The notes beneath the pieces were generated by a model, which worked only from the letters and a program-made list of their open reading frames with translations, searched no databases and had not been told where the DNA came from. From an uncultured Actinomycetes bacterium (GTDB lineage Bacteria; Actinomycetota; Thermoleophilia; UBA2241): DNA of 64,000 bases. The first letter of the stretch is position 1. Each line of letters opens with the position of its first letter. This document shows, one piece after another, positions 33,665 to 43,705 of the stretch. Made by a program: the position numbers and the translations under genes. The stretch lies in assembly GCA_963767005.1 (NCBI GenBank), contig CAVYCN010000004.1:128001-192000 (forward strand), read 5' to 3'.

Positions 33665-34411
33665 TCACGCCTTTTCAGCGGGCGTTTTGGCCCTTCTGGC
33701 CACTTCCTGCGCCAGGAATGAGGCCACTTCGACAGGCGTCGTGCGGGGCCCGAAGCCGGCGTCGTAGCCGAGCTCCTTGGCGAAGGCGTTGTTGATGCGC
33801 GGGCCGCCCACGATGAGGACGAACCGCTCGCGCACGCCCTCGGCCTCGAGCAGCTCGATCATCTTCGTCAGGTGCTGCACATGGATGTTCTTCTGCGTCA
33901 CGATCTGCGAGATCAGGATCGCGTCGGCGGCGCGCTCGAGGGCCGTGCGCAGGAGCTGCTCGCAGGGGATCTGCGAGCCCATGTTGAGCACGGTCATCTG
34001 TGGATAGCGCTCGAGCCCGTAGTTGCCGGCGAAGCCCTTCATGTTGAGGATCGCGTCGATGCCGACCGTGTGAGCGTCGCTCTCGATCGCCGCGCCGACG
34101 ACCGACAGCTTGCGACCGAGCTGCTCCTTGATGAAGGAGTTGGTCGCGTAGTAGTCCATCGTCTCGACCTCGAGGTAGTCGCCCTTGACCTCGTCGGGGT
34201 CGATGCCGGTCTGGGTGCGACCGTAGGCCACGAAGAACGTGAAGGCCGGGTCGATCGCCTTGCACTCGGCGATGCCGACCTCGCGGAAGCCGAGCTTCTC
34301 GAGGAACTGCTTGCCGACGTCGGCCGCCTTCTGCGAGTAGGCGATGGGCAGCGTGAACGAGAACTGGATAATGCCGTCGTCGCGGGTGTCGCCGTAGGGC
34401 AGGACGATCAT
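33665..34411 (-). CDS. kamE: Lysine 5,6-aminomutase beta subunit (B12-binding)
   Basis: PYGDT.DDG..Q.SFTLP, DAHTVGIDAILNMKG; ATG overlaps the kamD stop (ATGA). Confidence 0.93.
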   Translation of the reverse strand: MIVLPYGDTRDDGIIQFSFTLPIAYSQKAADVGKQFLEKLGFREVGIAECKAIDPAFTFFVAYGRTQTGIDPDEVKGDYLEVETMDYYATNSFIKEQLGRKLSVVGAAIESDAHTVGIDAILNMKGFAGNYGLERYPQMTVLNMGSQIPCEQLLRTALERAADAILISQIVTQKNIHVQHLTKMIELLEAEGVRERFVLIVGGPRINNAFAKELGYDAGFGPRTTPVEVASFLAQEVARRAKTPAEKA

Positions 34412-36036
34412 GACTGCCTCCCTTCGGCCAGCGGTGCGGCTTCGACCTGGAACACGCGGCGCGGTGGCGCCGGCGGGCCGCTCGGGCGGCCTTCGCGGAG
34501 GGCGTCGTAGAAGGGGTTGAAGTAGTCGGTGGCCTTGACGACGACGCCCTCGAAGCCACGGCCGCCTTCGGGCTCGCGCTTCACATCGGCGAACTCGCCG
34601 TTCTCGAGCGCCTGGAACAGGCCGATCTCGCGGACGTGCTCGAGCTGCTCGACCGCCTTGGCGAGGACCAGCGCGGCGCGCTCCTCGACAAGGCTGCCGC
34701 CGCGGATCTGCACGCACTCGGCGAGGTGGCGGTTGGCCTCGAAGACGTACTTCGCGTTCTTGATCGACACGTAGCGGTCCTGCAACAGCGGCGTGTGGAG
34801 GGCCTCGGTGAGCATGCCGAGCAGCATGATGTCCTGGCCGGTGAAGATCCCGGTGAAGTTGAACATGCCGTCGATGATGTGACCCTGGAAGACGTCGCCC
34901 GGCATGTACTTGGTCGGCGGCATGTACTTGATCGGGTAGTCGGGGAAGCACTCGCGGATGAGCAGCGCGTCGGCGACCTGGTAGACGACCTGGTCGGGCG
35001 TCGCCGGGTTGATCTCGAAGGCGTGCCCCAGGCCGATCTGCCAGGGCTCGAGGTTGGCGCGCAGCGCGAACTCCTCGTTGATGAAGTCCGAGGAGAGCAC
35101 CGTGTGGGCCTGCTCGTAGGCGTCGGCCGTGGTCAGGTAGTTGTCCTCGCCGGTGTTGATGATGATGCCGGCGCGCGCGTTGATCATGCGCGACAGGTAC
35201 TGGTCGACGAATGTGCGCTTCATGTTGATGTTGCGGAAGATGATGCCGTACATGGAGTCGTTCAGCATCATGTCGAGGCGCTCGAGCGCGCCCATCGTGG
35301 CGATCTCGGGCATGCACAGGCCGCTTGCGTAGTTGCACAGGCGGACATAGCGGCCGAGCTCGGCGCCGACCTCGTCGAGCGCCGCCCGCATGTAGCGGAA
35401 GTTCTCCTGGGTGGCGTAGGTGCCGCCGAAGCCCTCGGTGGTGATGCCGTACGGCACGTAGTCGAGCAGGCTCTGGGCGGTGGTGCGGATGACGGCGACG
35501 ACGTCGGCCCCCGCGCGGGCGGCCGCCTGCGCCTGGACCGCGTCCTCCTTGATGTTGCCGGTGGCGACGATCACGTAGACGTAGGGCCGCTGGGCCTCGC
35601 CGGTGGCCGCGACGAGCTCGGCGCGGCGGGCGCGCACGGCGTCGATGCGGGCGACGCCCTCGCCGGCAAGCTCGCTGGCGCGCGCCTCGACCGCCGCGCG
35701 CCGCGCGGCCGGCACGGGGCCGAGCTCGAGCGCGCCGGCGGCGACCGCCTCGGCGACCTGCTGTGCGGTCTTGCCCGTCTGCAGCATGGCGTCGACGAAC
35801 GGCGTGATCACGCCGCCGGGCAGCAGTGCGCGGGCGTGCTCGACCACGACGTTCACGAGCGGCACGTCGATGTCGTTCACGCCCTCGATGCCCAGCAGAC
35901 GCAGCGTGGTGCGCTCGACCGTGTCGGTCGTGTGCGCCGCGATGTGCTGCCAGACGTCGTCGGCGATGGCCCGCGCGGCCTCGCGCGCGCGACCCACCAT
36001 CGACTCGTCGAGCGAGAGCATGTGATCCACGTTCAC
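34408..36036 (-). CDS. kamD: Lysine 5,6-aminomutase alpha subunit
   Basis: YVIVATGNI, QSLLDYVP, NYASGLCMPEIA, NTGEDNY, KYMPPTK. Confidence 0.95.
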   Translation of the reverse strand: MNVDHMLSLDESMVGRAREAARAIADDVWQHIAAHTTDTVERTTLRLLGIEGVNDIDVPLVNVVVEHARALLPGGVITPFVDAMLQTGKTAQQVAEAVAAGALELGPVPAARRAAVEARASELAGEGVARIDAVRARRAELVAATGEAQRPYVYVIVATGNIKEDAVQAQAAARAGADVVAVIRTTAQSLLDYVPYGITTEGFGGTYATQENFRYMRAALDEVGAELGRYVRLCNYASGLCMPEIATMGALERLDMMLNDSMYGIIFRNINMKRTFVDQYLSRMINARAGIIINTGEDNYLTTADAYEQAHTVLSSDFINEEFALRANLEPWQIGLGHAFEINPATPDQVVYQVADALLIRECFPDYPIKYMPPTKYMPGDVFQGHIIDGMFNFTGIFTGQDIMLLGMLTEALHTPLLQDRYVSIKNAKYVFEANRHLAECVQIRGGSLVEERAALVLAKAVEQLEHVREIGLFQALENGEFADVKREPEGGRGFEGVVVKATDYFNPFYDALREGRPSGPPAPPRRVFQVEAAPLAEGRQS

Positions 36037-37226
36037 ACCTTCTTTCGGACTGCGTCGCTCCGGGCCCCCGGCGGCTCGTGGCCGCCGGGCCGGCCGGCTG
36101 TTGTCGCGTCGACGCCGGCCGGCAGGCTGGCCAGGCCGTGCACGACGTCGAAGACGGGGGCGCGATCGCCGACGGCGTCGGCGATCGCGCCGAAGAAGAC
36201 CTTGGGGTTGTAGGGCTGCGGAAAGCGGTACGGGTTCGTCGTGACGGCCAGCACGCGCAGCTCGGTGAGCACGCGCACGTCGACGCTGCGGCGGCGGCAG
36301 CGCGCCACCGTGGCCGGCGCCAGGATGAGCACGGTGGCGTCGCGCACGACGAGCGTGACGGCGCGCCGCGGCGGCAGCGTGCGCAGGAAGTCGTCGGCGA
36401 ACTCCTGGGTGACGGCGCCACCGATGTACAGCGTCCGGGCCTCGCGGCGCTCGACCTCGCGGGCCACCCGCACGCCTTCGCCGACCGCGGTGTGCAGGTC
36501 GAGCGGCGTGGGTCGGCCCCGGCGGTCGATCGTGACCGCGCGGGCCCCGTCGAGCGCGTCGCCGTCGAGGAGGTCCCGGGTCGTCTCGTCGACGGCCGAC
36601 AGCGTCAGCATGGCGAGCGTGGCCTGCGTGATCTCGACGGTCTCGGCGAGCGTGTCGGCCACGAGGCCACCGGTCGCCATGATCACCGCGTCGCTCACCC
36701 GCGGCGAGGCGCTGCCGAGCCGGTTGATGGCGCCGTCGACCAGCACCAGGCCGGCGCCCAGGGCGTGCAGGCGGCCCGCCGTGGCGGCGACCTCGGCGAG
36801 GGTGGTAGGACCGCTGACCTCGACGGCGCGGTCGCCCACGGCGCGGCCGATCACGACGCCGCCGAGCGACGTGTGGAAGGGCAGGCGCTCGAGGTGCTCC
36901 ATGGTGTAGTGCGAGCGGTCGAGCGATCCGACGGTCGTCGCGATGAGGGTGTCGCGCGGTGGCACGATGCGCGGCTTGTCGAGCCCCGTCAGGTGGTCGG
37001 TGCGCTCGCCGTCGAGGCCCAGCGAGGTCAGGCCGAACCGCTGCGGCACGTTGTCCATGAGGGCGTTGACCACGGTGGTCTTGCCCGCGTTCTTGACGAG
37101 GCCGATCACGGCGATCGTGCGGGCGCCGCTCGCCGCGACCACGTCGAACAGGGTGGGCGCCGCGGCCGGGCGCGGCGCGCCGGCCGCCGCTCGCGGGTCG
37201 CGCGCCGGTGTGCCCGGCGAGCTCAC
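36033..37226 (-). CDS. KamB-like lysine 5,6-aminomutase reactivase component
   Basis: IGLVKNAGKTT, LTSLGLDGE..D, KPRI, LVDGA..R; translationally coupled to kamD. Confidence 0.75.
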   Translation of the reverse strand: MSSPGTPARDPRAAAGAPRPAAAPTLFDVVAASGARTIAVIGLVKNAGKTTVVNALMDNVPQRFGLTSLGLDGERTDHLTGLDKPRIVPPRDTLIATTVGSLDRSHYTMEHLERLPFHTSLGGVVIGRAVGDRAVEVSGPTTLAEVAATAGRLHALGAGLVLVDGAINRLGSASPRVSDAVIMATGGLVADTLAETVEITQATLAMLTLSAVDETTRDLLDGDALDGARAVTIDRRGRPTPLDLHTAVGEGVRVAREVERREARTLYIGGAVTQEFADDFLRTLPPRRAVTLVVRDATVLILAPATVARCRRRSVDVRVLTELRVLAVTTNPYRFPQPYNPKVFFGAIADAVGDRAPVFDVVHGLASLPAGVDATTAGRPGGHEPPGARSDAVRKKV

Positions 37227-37915
37227 CGGCCGGCCTCGGCGGTGTCGCGAGCCGCGCTGTGGCGGCGGATCTCCTTGAGGTAGCTGAAGACGGTGAAGCG
37301 CGACAGGTCGAGAGCCTCGGCCACCTGCTCGGCCGAGCGCTTGACGAGGAACGCGCCGCGTTCTTCGAGCCGCGCCACGACCTCCATCTTCTCGTCGCGG
37401 GTCATGGTGGCCGGCGTCCTGCGCATGTCGGCGAGGGTGCCGGCGATCATGCCCGCGAGGACGTCGCGGATGTCGCCGCCGAAGAGCTCCTCGGTGTCGG
37501 GCGCGCCCTCGCCGCCGTCCGTGTCACCGGCGCCCGTGAGCGCCGCGAGAGCACGCTCGGCGCGCACGACGTCGGAGACGTCGAGATTGACGCCGAGCAC
37601 ACCGATGGGGCGGCCCTCGTCGTCGCGCAGGGTCACGGCCAGCGACCGCAGGATGCGGCCGTCGGCCGAGGTGGTGTAGAGACGCACGTCGGGGGTGTCG
37701 TCGGCGTTGCGCAGCGAGTGCAGCATCTGGTCGGTGGGGGCGTCTCCCTCGCGCCGCCCGGTCACGTGACCGTTCTCGATGGCGACGATCGAGTGGGGCA
37801 TGGCGCCGAGGTCGTGGAGCACGACCTCGCAGTCGGGCCCGAGCATCGCGGCCAGGCCTCGCGCGACGGCGACGTACGACCTGAGATACGGGTGTGTGAC
37901 GTGGACGAGCCCCAC
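37223..37915 (-). CDS. YheO-like PAS / HTH transcriptional regulator
   Basis: GPDCEVVLHDL, IENGHVTGR, GAFLVKRS...LSRFTVFSYL. Confidence 0.88.
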   Translation of the reverse strand: MGLVHVTHPYLRSYVAVARGLAAMLGPDCEVVLHDLGAMPHSIVAIENGHVTGRREGDAPTDQMLHSLRNADDTPDVRLYTTSADGRILRSLAVTLRDDEGRPIGVLGVNLDVSDVVRAERALAALTGAGDTDGGEGAPDTEELFGGDIRDVLAGMIAGTLADMRRTPATMTRDEKMEVVARLEERGAFLVKRSAEQVAEALDLSRFTVFSYLKEIRRHSAARDTAEAGR

Positions 37916-37978
37916 GCGGACCCTCCGTTCGAGCGAGCCCCTTGCGGCGGCGCGGATCCCTTCCGCGAAGCACGTACG

Positions 37979-38008
37979 ACTCTATCGGTCCCTGTCGAAA
38001 AAAGTCAA
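37979..38008 (-). promoter_or_regulatory. Sigma70-type promoter for the kam operon
   Basis: Minus-strand TTGACT-18 bp-TAGAGT. Confidence 0.55.
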
Positions 38009-38168
38009 CCCACGTACCCGAATCAGTTGCAGCACGCCGCCGTTCAGGGGCTCTCGCTGCCGACTCGGCAAGCGCACCGGGTGCGCCGCGCAGGATTCGG
38101 CAAGACCAGGCAAGACCAGGGGCGCCGTCCGGCGCAGCCGGCGGAGTCGTTCGGGAGGCGGCCTCGCG

Positions 38169-40010
38169 TCAGCCTTGGACGCGCGGCATCCGCATCGTGA
38201 AGGTGGCGCCGTGACCGCGGCGCGAGGCGACCGTGAGCGAGCCCCCCATGAGCTCGACCATGTCCTTGGCGATCGAGAGGCCAAGGCCGGTGCCCGACTT
38301 GTGGGCGCCGCCGTTGCCGCGGAAGAAGCGCTCGAAGACGCGATCGAGCTCGTCGTGGGGGATGCCGGGGCCCTGGTCCTTCACCGTGATCACGACGTCG
38401 TCGAGGCCGTCTTCGGTGTGGCCGGCCACACCCACGCTCACCGTGCCGCCCTCGGGCGAGAACTTCACGGCGTTGTCGAGCAGCGCGCGCAACACCTGGC
38501 TCACGCGGCGCTGGTCGCAGGCGGCCGGCAGCTCCGCCGGCGCCGCCACGTCGATGCTCACGCCGCGGCTGTCGGCGCCGGCCCGGAACTCGGCGGCCAC
38601 GGCGCGCGCGAGGCTCGTGACGTCGGTGTCGGCCGGTTCGAGACGGACCGCCCCCGAGTCGACCTGCGACAGGTCGAGGAGGCTGAGCGACAGGTCGGTC
38701 AGCCGGTCGACCTGCTGGCGCATGAGCAGGAGGAACTCCCGCTCGGTCGCCGGGTCGAGCTCGCCTTCGTCGATCAGCTCCATGAAGCCCGACAGCGAGA
38801 AGAGCGGCGTCTTCAGCTCGTGCGACGCCGTGGCGATGAAGTCGCGTCGGGCGGCGTCGAGGCGCGCCTGCTCGGTGATGTCGCGCAGCACCACGATGTC
38901 ACGCACCTCGGATTCGTGGCCGACACGATAGGCCGAGGCCTCGAGCGAGAGGCCGCCGTATTCGACGACGACCGTGTGGTTCTCGCCGTCGGCCTGCGTC
39001 TCGGCGAGCGCCTGGGCGACGTCGGGCGGCAGCAGCTCGGCGAGCGGCACGCCCGTGGGCAGCGCGCGGCGCAGCAGCGTCGCGGCGGCCGGGTTGGCGA
39101 TCGCGAGCTCGCCCTCGACGGTCACGCCGATGACGCCCTCCTCGAGGTCGTAGAGCAGGACCTCGACGTTCTCTTTCTCGCGCTCGATCTGCGAGAAGGC
39201 CTCGCGTAGGCGGGCGCCCATCATGTTGAACGTCTCGGCGAGCTGGCCGATCTCGTCGGGCGGCCCGGGCTCGACCGGGCGGGACAGGTCGCCCGAGGCG
39301 ATCGACAGCGCACCGCGTTCGATCCGCTTGAGGCGCCGCGCGATGAAGTACGAGGCGAGGTAGCCGGCCAGGAGAGTCACCATGAGGGCGAGGCCGCCGG
39401 CCAGCAGGATCTCGTGCTGCACCGAGCGCACGGCGCGCTGCAGGTCGGTGAGCGGCGCGGCCAGGAGCACGATGCCGCGGAAGCCGGTCGCGTCGGCCTT
39501 CGCCGGGACCGCGGCGGTGGCGTACTGCGTTTCGCCGATCGTCGTGAGCCCTACCGCGAGATCACCGCTGCGCTCGGCGTCGGCCACCACCGGGTAGTTG
39601 GCGAGCTTGAACGCGCCGGGCCGGGAGTCGGCCACCACCTGGCCGGTGGCGCGGACGATCACGATGACGCGGGCGTTGGCGCTGGCGTCGCCGACGCGGG
39701 CGGACAGCCCGAGGTCGTTGGGATCGGGGTTGACGTTGGCGACGTTGGCGATGTTCGTCGCGACCAGCACCGTGCTGCCCGACAGATCGGTCAGCTTCTG
39801 GTGGACGAGGCGGTTCTGCAGGCTCGGCACGACGTAGATGTAGGACAGGCCGACGCCCAGCAACGTGACGCCGAGGAAGAGCACCGTGAGCCAGTTCTTG
39901 ACCGAGGCCGGCACCGGGCTCACGGCCCACGCGATCGCGTCGTCGGCCGTGCGCAGCGCGGACACGACAAACGAGCGGACCCGGTGCACGAACGGACGCT
40001 GCACGGCCAC
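38169..40010 (-). CDS. HAMP/PAS sensor histidine kinase
   Basis: Two TM segments, HAMP, ASHELKTP, DNAVKF, DQGPGI, GTGLGL. Confidence 0.93.
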   Translation of the reverse strand: MAVQRPFVHRVRSFVVSALRTADDAIAWAVSPVPASVKNWLTVLFLGVTLLGVGLSYIYVVPSLQNRLVHQKLTDLSGSTVLVATNIANVANVNPDPNDLGLSARVGDASANARVIVIVRATGQVVADSRPGAFKLANYPVVADAERSGDLAVGLTTIGETQYATAAVPAKADATGFRGIVLLAAPLTDLQRAVRSVQHEILLAGGLALMVTLLAGYLASYFIARRLKRIERGALSIASGDLSRPVEPGPPDEIGQLAETFNMMGARLREAFSQIEREKENVEVLLYDLEEGVIGVTVEGELAIANPAAATLLRRALPTGVPLAELLPPDVAQALAETQADGENHTVVVEYGGLSLEASAYRVGHESEVRDIVVLRDITEQARLDAARRDFIATASHELKTPLFSLSGFMELIDEGELDPATEREFLLLMRQQVDRLTDLSLSLLDLSQVDSGAVRLEPADTDVTSLARAVAAEFRAGADSRGVSIDVAAPAELPAACDQRRVSQVLRALLDNAVKFSPEGGTVSVGVAGHTEDGLDDVVITVKDQGPGIPHDELDRVFERFFRGNGGAHKSGTGLGLSIAKDMVELMGGSLTVASRRGHGATFTMRMPRVQG

Positions 40011-40030
40011 CTCCGAGGACGTGTGCTTCC

Positions 40031-40744
40031 TCAGAACTCCCTGAACTTGTAGCCGATGTTGCGGACCGTGAAGACGAACTCGGGGTTGCGGGCGTCGCGC
40101 TCGATCTTCTCGCGCAGGTGGCGGATGTGCACGTCGACCGTGCGCGCGTCGCGAAACTCGGAGTCGCCCCAGACGAGCTGCAGGAGGATCTGCCGCGAGT
40201 ACACGCGGCCGGGGTGCGAGATGAGCGTCTTGAGCAGCTCGAACTCGATGTAGGTGAGGTCGACCCGCCTGCCGCGCACGTCGACGCTGCGCTTGGGCAG
40301 GTCGACCTCGAGGCCGTCGACCGAGATCTGGTCGGTGCGCGTGCCGGCCGCCTGCCGGGCCATGTCGGCGCGGCGCAACTGGGCGCGCACGCGACTGCGG
40401 AACTCGCGCAGGCTGAAGCGGTCCTTGGTGATGTAGTCGTCGGCTCCGATCTCGAGGCCGAGCACCTTGTCGAACTCGTCAGCCTTGGCGGTCAGCATGA
40501 TGATCGGCACCGTGCTCACCGCACGCAGGCGGCGGCACACCTCGGTGCCGTCGATGCGCGGCATCATGAGGTCGAGGATGACGAGGTCGAAGGGCTCGCG
40601 AGCGAAGGCGTCGAGCGCCTCCTGGCCGTCGCGGGCCTGGACGACCTGGTAGCCCTCCTTCTCGAGGGGGAACCTGAGGAGCTTCTGGATGGCCTCCTCG
40701 TCGTCGACGAGGAGGATCTTGGCGCCCGGATCGGTCATCGTCAC
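40031..40744 (-). CDS. OmpR/PhoB-family response regulator
   Basis: LLVDDE, LDLMMP, MLTAK, RTVDVHIRHLREK. Confidence 0.94.
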   Translation of the reverse strand: MTMTDPGAKILLVDDEEAIQKLLRFPLEKEGYQVVQARDGQEALDAFAREPFDLVILDLMMPRIDGTEVCRRLRAVSTVPIIMLTAKADEFDKVLGLEIGADDYITKDRFSLREFRSRVRAQLRRADMARQAAGTRTDQISVDGLEVDLPKRSVDVRGRRVDLTYIEFELLKTLISHPGRVYSRQILLQLVWGDSEFRDARTVDVHIRHLREKIERDARNPEFVFTVRNIGYKFREF

Positions 40745-40795
40745 CTCATCGTATCATCGCCGCGCGAGCCCGGGTTCGCGGCGCCCGCATCGCGG

Positions 40796-41410
40796 CTACC
40801 CGGTCGCGGGCGGCACCCAGGCGCGCAGCCGGAACGAGGCGCCCATGGCCGCGGCGATGGCGCGGCAGCCCTCGACGTCGGCGTCGGGCACGTCGACCGC
40901 GGTGAGCGTCGTGGCGAGGCCGGCGGCGATGCAGGAGCGCGCGAAGCCGAGCACCTCGCGGAACGCCTTGGTGAAGGTCGGCCGGCACAGCCGGTCGTAG
41001 GTCTCGGGGTCGGCGGCGTTCAGGCTGATCGCGATCTCGTCGAGCCCGACCGCGGCCAGGCTCCCGGCCACGTCGACGTCGGGGTTGAGCAGCCGCCCGT
41101 GGCCGTTCGTGACGAGGCGCGAGCGCAGGCGCCGTGTGGTGAGCCACTCGGTGACGGCCAGCACCACGTCGAGCCGCATGGTCGGCTCGCCCATGCCGAC
41201 GAAGGCCACCTCGTCGGCGGGGCCGTCGAGGAACGCGAGCTCGATCTCGCGGGTGAGGTCCTCGATCGCGGGCTCGCTTGCGAGGCGCAGGTCGCTGCCG
41301 TAGACGCCGTCGGCGAACGAGCGAAAGCAGAACTCGCAGTCGCAGGAGCAGCGGTTGGTGATGTTGAGGTAGATGTTGCCTTTGCCGCGGTAGACGATCG
41401 TGTCGGGCAT
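40796..41410 (-). CDS. TatD-associated-type radical SAM protein
   Basis: YLNITNRCSCDCEFC, F.G.GEPT, ISLNA. Confidence 0.8.
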   Translation of the reverse strand: MPDTIVYRGKGNIYLNITNRCSCDCEFCFRSFADGVYGSDLRLASEPAIEDLTREIELAFLDGPADEVAFVGMGEPTMRLDVVLAVTEWLTTRRLRSRLVTNGHGRLLNPDVDVAGSLAAVGLDEIAISLNAADPETYDRLCRPTFTKAFREVLGFARSCIAAGLATTLTAVDVPDADVEGCRAIAAAMGASFRLRAWVPPATG

Positions 41411-41629
41411 GGGGCGGCTCGCTGGTCGGCGCCCCGGGCCGGGCGGCGGGGCTCACGCTGTCGGCCATTATAGCGCGCCGGGCGCCGGGCAGGCGCCCGG
41501 CGCGGGGCGCCGACCCGGCCCGCCGGGCGCACCGTCGCCGGCCGGCCGTCGCGCCGCACGAGGGTACAATGGCGGGCGTGCGCCGCGCGGCGCACGCCCG
41601 CCCCTCGCCCGCACGCCCGAAGGAGGGCC

Positions 41630-42604
41630 GTGACCGACGTGACGACAGAGCTCATCGACCTCTGCGCCGGCCTGCGCGAGGTCGTGCTGCCGTACCTGGG
41701 GCGCCACACGGCGCGCGCCCACGCCGGCCAGGCGGTGGGCGGCGACGTCACCTTCGCGATCGACGAGGTCGCCGAGCGCTACCTCGAGCGCTACCTGGCC
41801 GAGCGCCTGCCGCGCTGGGCGGCCTACTCCGAGGATCGTGGCCTGCGGGGCGCCGCCGACCCCGAGATCGTCCTGATCGTCGACCCGATCGACGGCACGC
41901 GGCCGGCGGCGGCCGGCTTCGAGTCGGCCTGCGTGAGCATCGCCGCCGCGCGGCCGGCCGCCGCCCCCGTCATGGACGGCGTCGTCGCCGGCGTGGTCCA
42001 GGAGATCAAGAGCGGGGACCTGTTCGCCGCCGAGCGCGGCGCCGGCGTTGTCGCCCGCCGCCGCGACGGCGCGCCTCTGCCCCTCGCGCCCTCGCCGAGC
42101 ACGAGCCTCGAGGGCCTCTTCTGGAACACGGGGCTGCGCGGCCGGCCGCTCGGCCTGCTGTCGCGGGCCATCGAGGAGCTGGTCGACGCCTCGAGTGTGG
42201 GCGGCGCCGTCTTCGAGCTCGGCTCGGCGACGTACGCGATCACCAGGGTGCTGACCGGGCAGCTCGACGCCTACGTCGACATCGGTCCCGCCATCATCGC
42301 CGCCTGGCCGGCGACCGAGGCCGAGTTCCGCCGCGTCGGACGCGGCCACGTGCTCTGTAACTCGCCCTACGACCTGGCGGCTGGCTGGCTGCTCTGTCGC
42401 GAGGCCGGCGTACCGATGACCGACGCCGACGGCTCGTCGCTCGGCGCCCGGCCGCTGCTCGGCAGCGACGCCGGCTATCAGCTCGCCTGCATCGCGGCGG
42501 GCAACGAGACGCTGCACGCCGCGCTCACGGCGGCCGTGCGGCGTGGCATCGGGCGTCTCGCCGGGTATGCAGGGGAGCGGACGCGGAGCGAGGGGGATCC
42601 ATGA
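41630..42604 (+). CDS. Inositol monophosphatase / FBPase-family protein
   Basis: SED, VDPIDGT, YDLAAG...EAG. Confidence 0.85.
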   Translation: MTDVTTELIDLCAGLREVVLPYLGRHTARAHAGQAVGGDVTFAIDEVAERYLERYLAERLPRWAAYSEDRGLRGAADPEIVLIVDPIDGTRPAAAGFESACVSIAAARPAAAPVMDGVVAGVVQEIKSGDLFAAERGAGVVARRRDGAPLPLAPSPSTSLEGLFWNTGLRGRPLGLLSRAIEELVDASSVGGAVFELGSATYAITRVLTGQLDAYVDIGPAIIAAWPATEAEFRRVGRGHVLCNSPYDLAAGWLLCREAGVPMTDADGSSLGARPLLGSDAGYQLACIAAGNETLHAALTAAVRRGIGRLAGYAGERTRSEGDP

Positions 42605-43656
42605 GCGACGAGGCGGTCCACGAGGCCATCCTCTACGAACGGCGCGACGGCGGCGTGGTGCAATGCCACGTGTGCCCGCGGCTCTGCGTCGTCGCGCCGG
42701 GCCGGCGCGGCACCTGCCGGGCTCGCGAGAACCGCGACGGCACGCTCTACAGCCTCGTCTACGATCGCGTCTGCAGCGTCGCGGCCGACCCGATCGAGAA
42801 GAAGCCTCTCTACCACTTCTTCCCGGCTACGACCGTGCTGTCGCTCGGCACCCTGGGCTGCAACTTCACCTGCGCCCACTGCCAGAACTGGCAGCTCGCG
42901 CGCGCCGACGTGGCCGGCGGGCTGCGCGACCTGCGCCCACTGCCGGTCGACAAGCTGCCGCTGCTCGCGGCCAACAACGACTGCGCCGGCGTGGCCTGGA
43001 CCTACAACGAGCCCACCATCTGGATCGAGTACGTGATCGCGGGCGCGCGGGTCGCGCACGAGCACGGCCTGTATACGGTGATGGTGACGAACGGCTACAT
43101 CACGCGCGAGGGCCTCGACGCCGTCGCGCCGCATCTCGATGCGTACCGCGTCGACGTGAAGGGCTTCGACGACGACCTCTACCGGCGACTGTGCAAGGTG
43201 CCGCACGTCGAGCCGGTGCTGGCCGCCGCCGAGCGCGCGCTGCACGAGCACGGCTGCCACGTCGAGATCGTGACCAACATCATCCCGACGATGAACGACG
43301 ACGACGCGACGCTGCGCGGCATCGCCACGTGGATCGTCGAACGGCTGGGCGCCACGACGCCCTGGCATGTGACCCGCTTTCATCCGGAGCTCGAGCTGTC
43401 GCACCTGCCGGCGACTCCCATCCGCACACTCGAGCATGCCGCGACGCTCGGACGCGAGGCCGGGCTCGAGTTCGTCTACGTCGGCAACGTGCCGGGGCAC
43501 GAGGGCGAGAACACGGTCTGCCCGAACTGTCACCGGCTCGTCGTGCGGCGTACGGGGCCGGCCGTCGAGGATGTCGCGCTGCGCCGCGGCCACTGCGACA
43601 TGTGCGGCGAGGATTTGAACATCCGCGAGACGGTAAGACTCCCACCGGACGCTTGA
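42601..43656 (+). CDS. AmmeMemoRadiSam-system radical SAM enzyme
   Basis: DPIEKKPLYHF, GCNFTCAHCQNW, TYNEP, YVGNVPG...CPNC. Confidence 0.88.
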   Translation: MSDEAVHEAILYERRDGGVVQCHVCPRLCVVAPGRRGTCRARENRDGTLYSLVYDRVCSVAADPIEKKPLYHFFPATTVLSLGTLGCNFTCAHCQNWQLARADVAGGLRDLRPLPVDKLPLLAANNDCAGVAWTYNEPTIWIEYVIAGARVAHEHGLYTVMVTNGYITREGLDAVAPHLDAYRVDVKGFDDDLYRRLCKVPHVEPVLAAAERALHEHGCHVEIVTNIIPTMNDDDATLRGIATWIVERLGATTPWHVTRFHPELELSHLPATPIRTLEHAATLGREAGLEFVYVGNVPGHEGENTVCPNCHRLVVRRTGPAVEDVALRRGHCDMCGEDLNIRETVRLPPDA

Positions 43657-43705
43657 ACCGGGGGTCTTTGTCCATGCTGCGCTTCTCCTATACGATGGCT
43701 CTCCT

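Noticed and set aside
37916-38168. Lysine riboswitch ahead of the kam operon
   Set aside because: The predicted promoter leaves only about 55 nt of leader and no L-box motifs are seen.
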